In this document: one piece after another, positions 62,721 to 64,000 of the stretch
Layout of the letters: each line of letters begins with the position of its first letter
Position numbering within the stretch: position 1 is the first letter of the stretch
Assembly (NCBI GenBank): GCA_013239625.1
Contig: MU055744.1
Location: forward strand, 836,355 to 900,354
DNA: 64,000 bases
Origin: Lama guanicoe
Taxonomy: Eukaryota
Reading direction: 5' to 3'
Notes under the pieces: model-generated
What the model saw: the letters and a program-made list of their open reading frames with translations, nothing else
Told to the model about the DNA's origin: nothing
Database searches by the model: none
Position numbers and translations under genes: made by a program

Positions 62721-64000
62721 CTCGCTGCTCACCACCACAGTGCCACACTCCCTCCAAGCCACAAATGGGCCCTACAGCACCCCCCAGGGTCCAGTTCACC
62801 CCAGGAAGAGGCAAGCTGGGAGGCCTGTGGCCCAGCTCAACTCAAACGCTGACTGAACCCCGCCTGCGTAGCAGACACTGGGGTCCCACTGAGGAGAGGA
62901 GACAGGCGTGTGAGGAAATGGGCCACGGATGGCACCACGAGGGCCATCTTGGAGAAGGACCGCTGCTGGGACCCTGCTGAGCCAAGGGCCAGGTGACAGG
63001 AGGACCTAGTGCGAACGACAGTGTCTGACTTTCTGAGTGGCGGCTTCTCCAGGCCGAGACTATTTGCACCAGGAAGCCAGCTGACGTGCCATGAAGACAC
63101 GCAGGCAGCCGCAGGTGCTCCCCCAGGGGAGCCAGTCGGACCACCATGTGGTTCCACTGTGGATGCAAAACTTAGTGGGCAAAAGAAGAAACAGGGTATT
63201 TGCATAGTCTCCAAGCCTCCTCCCCCAACCCCCCCCCAAAAAAACCCAACAATGCGAGCGGCCTGGAGTTCTCAGAACACAGACGAAGCGATGGGGCAGG
63301 GCAGGCATGGAGGACTTTCTGGAGGAGGCTCAGACCTGGGCAGTTTGCAGGGCCTGGAGAAGGAGGGGGGCGGCATGACCCCACACATGGCCTGGGCATC
63401 CTGAGTCGAAATCCGGTTGGCCTGGTCCGCTCTGGGGCTCCCGGCCTCTCCAGGCACCAGGCACGGGCGGGAGGCTCGCATCTGCCGTCCCTTCCGGCAA
63501 CCCGGTGAGGCCAGTGCTGCTAAGATCGCATTTCCCAGAAGGGGAAACTGAGACTCAGAGCCGTGGGCGTGAAGACTGTGGGTGGCATCGCTGGGGGTCA
63601 CACCCAGGCTGGACCACCTGAAAAGCCAGGTGCGCTCTCGGGGCCCACATGCCTGCCCCCCCCACTCCACAGTCAACACAACCAGGGCTTTTGGGGGGAG
63701 CCTCCACCAGCTGAGCTTTGAGCCTGGCCCTGCCCCTGGCTCTTCCAAGAGACAAGACTTCTATTCACAAAACATAGAAGATCAGACTGTGACCCGTGTA
63801 TCAAATGCAGCAGAATCCAAATGAGGGAGAAACTCAGGCAGGCAGGGCTGGCTCAGGAGGGCTTCCTGGAGGAAGAAGTAGGGTTGGGGGTGGCCACCGA
63901 GTGTTCCCTGTGGAAGCCCAGGGCCACGTTGCTGAGACTGCTTGGGGGTACTCCACGTGGGGTCTTCCCCAGGCTGCAGTCACGCCCGGTGCAGGCTGGA

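Overview
This is a GC-rich mammalian non-coding (intergenic or deep intronic) window, very likely camelid (camel, alpaca or llama). The evidence is two tRNA-derived Vic-1-type SINEs and a cetartiodactyl-type L1 3' end. I could not support any protein-coding exon. The six-frame ORFs are low-complexity Pro/Gly/Ala/Arg frames, and the few protein-like ones trace to transposable-element fossils (Tigger1 transposase, hAT-Blackjack transposase, class III ERV gag). The window is a mosaic of old L1M, MIR, L2, MLT1 and ERV LTR pieces plus DNA transposons. Main observations: (1) several originally AT-rich transposon fossils have been rewritten into about 85% GC, CpG-dense islands, with sharp gradients inside single elements (Tigger1 31.3-32.7 kb, Blackjack/L1 41-43.9 kb). 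This pattern suggests focal GC-biased gene conversion creating orphan CpG islands out of TEs. (2) A near-perfect 2,156-bp tandem duplication (32846-37157) lies right next to one of these GC peaks. (3) There is an intact 506-bp ERV1 solo LTR with a TSD and a full promoter set. Repeat family names come from my recollection of consensus sequences, not a database search, and boundaries of old repeats are approximate.
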